Of a DNA stretch of 64,000 bases, positions 62,860-64,000 are shown one piece after another. The notes beneath the pieces are model-generated. The model worked only from the letters and a program-made list of their open reading frames with translations. It was not told the origin of the DNA and searched no databases. A program made the translations under genes and the position numbers. Every line of letters starts with the position of its first letter. Position 1 is the first letter of the stretch. This stretch comes from an uncultured Candidatus Binatia bacterium (GTDB lineage Bacteria; Desulfobacterota; Binatia; Bin18): assembly GCA_965200965.1 (NCBI GenBank), contig OZ241744.1:2880001-2944000 (forward strand). The letters are read 5' to 3'.

Positions 62860-64000
62860 TGTCGCCTGGGCCCAGAAGAATAGTGAGCATACGCCCGACA
62901 ATGTGGCTCCGGCGGTCCCCGCTCAATCCCAGAAGCGGGCGATACAGAGCCGCCCGCAGCCGCCGCTCCTCCTCTGCGCTGTCGGCTGCGTTGGGGAAGC
63001 GGCTGCGCAAGGCTTCCACTTCCCGCGCCATGTTTATTGTCGATATGTCGGCGGCCTTCAGGGCGGGGTCATCCTTGAGTGCCCAGTGAATGCCGAAGGC
63101 GCGGGGCGACAGCCCGCTGTTCTTCAGGGCCGTGAGCGCCGCTTCTTTCTCCTCGGCCAGGCTGGCCAGCAGTTCCAGTGCCGCCAGCCCGGTCGTTTTG
63201 CGGTCTTCCAGGTCCTTCACGATGCGTTCGGCGCGCTCCTTCAGGGACAGCAGCACGGACTGCATATCCGGCGTGTTCTCGACTTCCTGTCGCAGGCCGC
63301 GCACGAGGTTGAATACCTTGGCCTCGGCTGTCCCTCGCTCGCCACGAAGCGCTGTGAGGGTGCTCACGTCAAACATGACTGTCTTTGTCGGCTGGCCAAG
63401 CCCTTGCTGGGCCGCGCTCTCCTGCACCATGAAGCGTGTCTTGTTGGCCAGATCAACGGCATAGTTGACGCGGCTGGCGTAGGCGTTCCGCACGGCAGTG
63501 TACAGATGGGCGAGCCGCCTGTAGGTCGTGATGTGGTCGCGCAGGGCCGGCGAGGGTGACAGAATCTCCCACAGCGCCTCAATCTCTTTGTAGGCTTCAC
63601 AGAACGCCTGGCGCGGCTCCGGGTCAATGAAGCGCCCATAGACGATTCTTTCGAGACCTTCGTCCGCGCTGCCACCCCCTGCGTCGGCGAGGGAGTCTGT
63701 CCTGGCCTTTTCAATCTTGTTCAGAAAATCCTGTCGCAACAGGTCGAGGTCTTCAATCACATTGCCAACATCGGACGAGTCAAACTGGAGGGCCTTTTTC
63801 AGTTCGCGCAGCACACCCACAAAGTCAACGACGAGGCCGATGGGTTTGCGGACGCCGTCCGCGTCTACATGGGGGCGGTTGACGCGGGCGATTGCCTGCA
63901 AAAGAACATGATCGCGCATTGGCTTGTCGAGGTACAGGCAGTACAGGAGCGGGGCGTCGTAGCCCGTCAGCAGCTTATCCGTCACAATGAGTATCCTGGG
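62846..64000 (-). CDS. hsdR: Type I restriction enzyme R subunit, C-terminal part (runs off window)
   Basis: [42 protein letters not shown] motifs. Confidence 0.93.
   Translation of the reverse strand, partial: PRILIVTDKLLTGYDAPLLYCLYLDKPMRDHVLLQAIARVNRPHVDADGVRKPIGLVVDFVGVLRELKKALQFDSSDVGNVIEDLDLLRQDFLNKIEKARTDSLADAGGGSADEGLERIVYGRFIDPEPRQAFCEAYKEIEALWEILSPSPALRDHITTYRRLAHLYTAVRNAYASRVNYAVDLANKTRFMVQESAAQQGLGQPTKTVMFDVSTLTALRGERGTAEAKVFNLVRGLRQEVENTPDMQSVLLSLKERAERIVKDLEDRKTTGLAALELLASLAEEKEAALTALKNSGLSPRAFGIHWALKDDPALKAADISTINMAREVEALRSRFPNAADSAEEERRLRAALYRPLLGLSGDRRSHIVGRMLTILLGPGDNAGT

Overview
GC-rich bacterial chromosomal segment. The gene content (LLM oxidoreductases, acyl-CoA dehydrogenase, a secreted SGIGVISGWVC domain) suggests an uncultured deltaproteobacterium-like lineage such as Binatia, but that is inference only. 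The backbone is housekeeping and catabolic: FKBP PPIase, SDR, acyl-CoA DH, amgK/murU-like, clpB, catechol 2,3-dioxygenase, hflKC, RND efflux, arsS-like, OPT, NhaC, hydantoinase B, DUF58/vWA operon and gpmI. It is interrupted by many small, more AT-rich cassettes rich in nucleases and defence genes. These are TIR + RNase H, a NYN protein, a type IIG/ISP-like R-M enzyme beside a stand-alone colicin E5-like tRNase/ImmE5-like pair, toxin-antitoxin remnants, and a type I HsdR followed by M48, a VapD/Cas2-like gene and a PIN gene. The best candidate for an undescribed system is a tightly coupled four-gene operon at 47.5-51.8 kb: putative wHTH DNA-binding protein, AAA+ P-loop ATPase, PIN-like nuclease and SPPY-type DNA methyltransferase, with no recognisable restriction endonuclease. 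Three insertions are bracketed by duplicated pieces of the neighbouring host gene, with no integrase in view. A hairpin repeat with a conserved 25-nt core and covarying stems occurs twice in-frame inside a vWA gene and once intergenically. No rRNA, tRNA or CRISPR array was seen. All assignments are by eye from motifs; no database searches were run.
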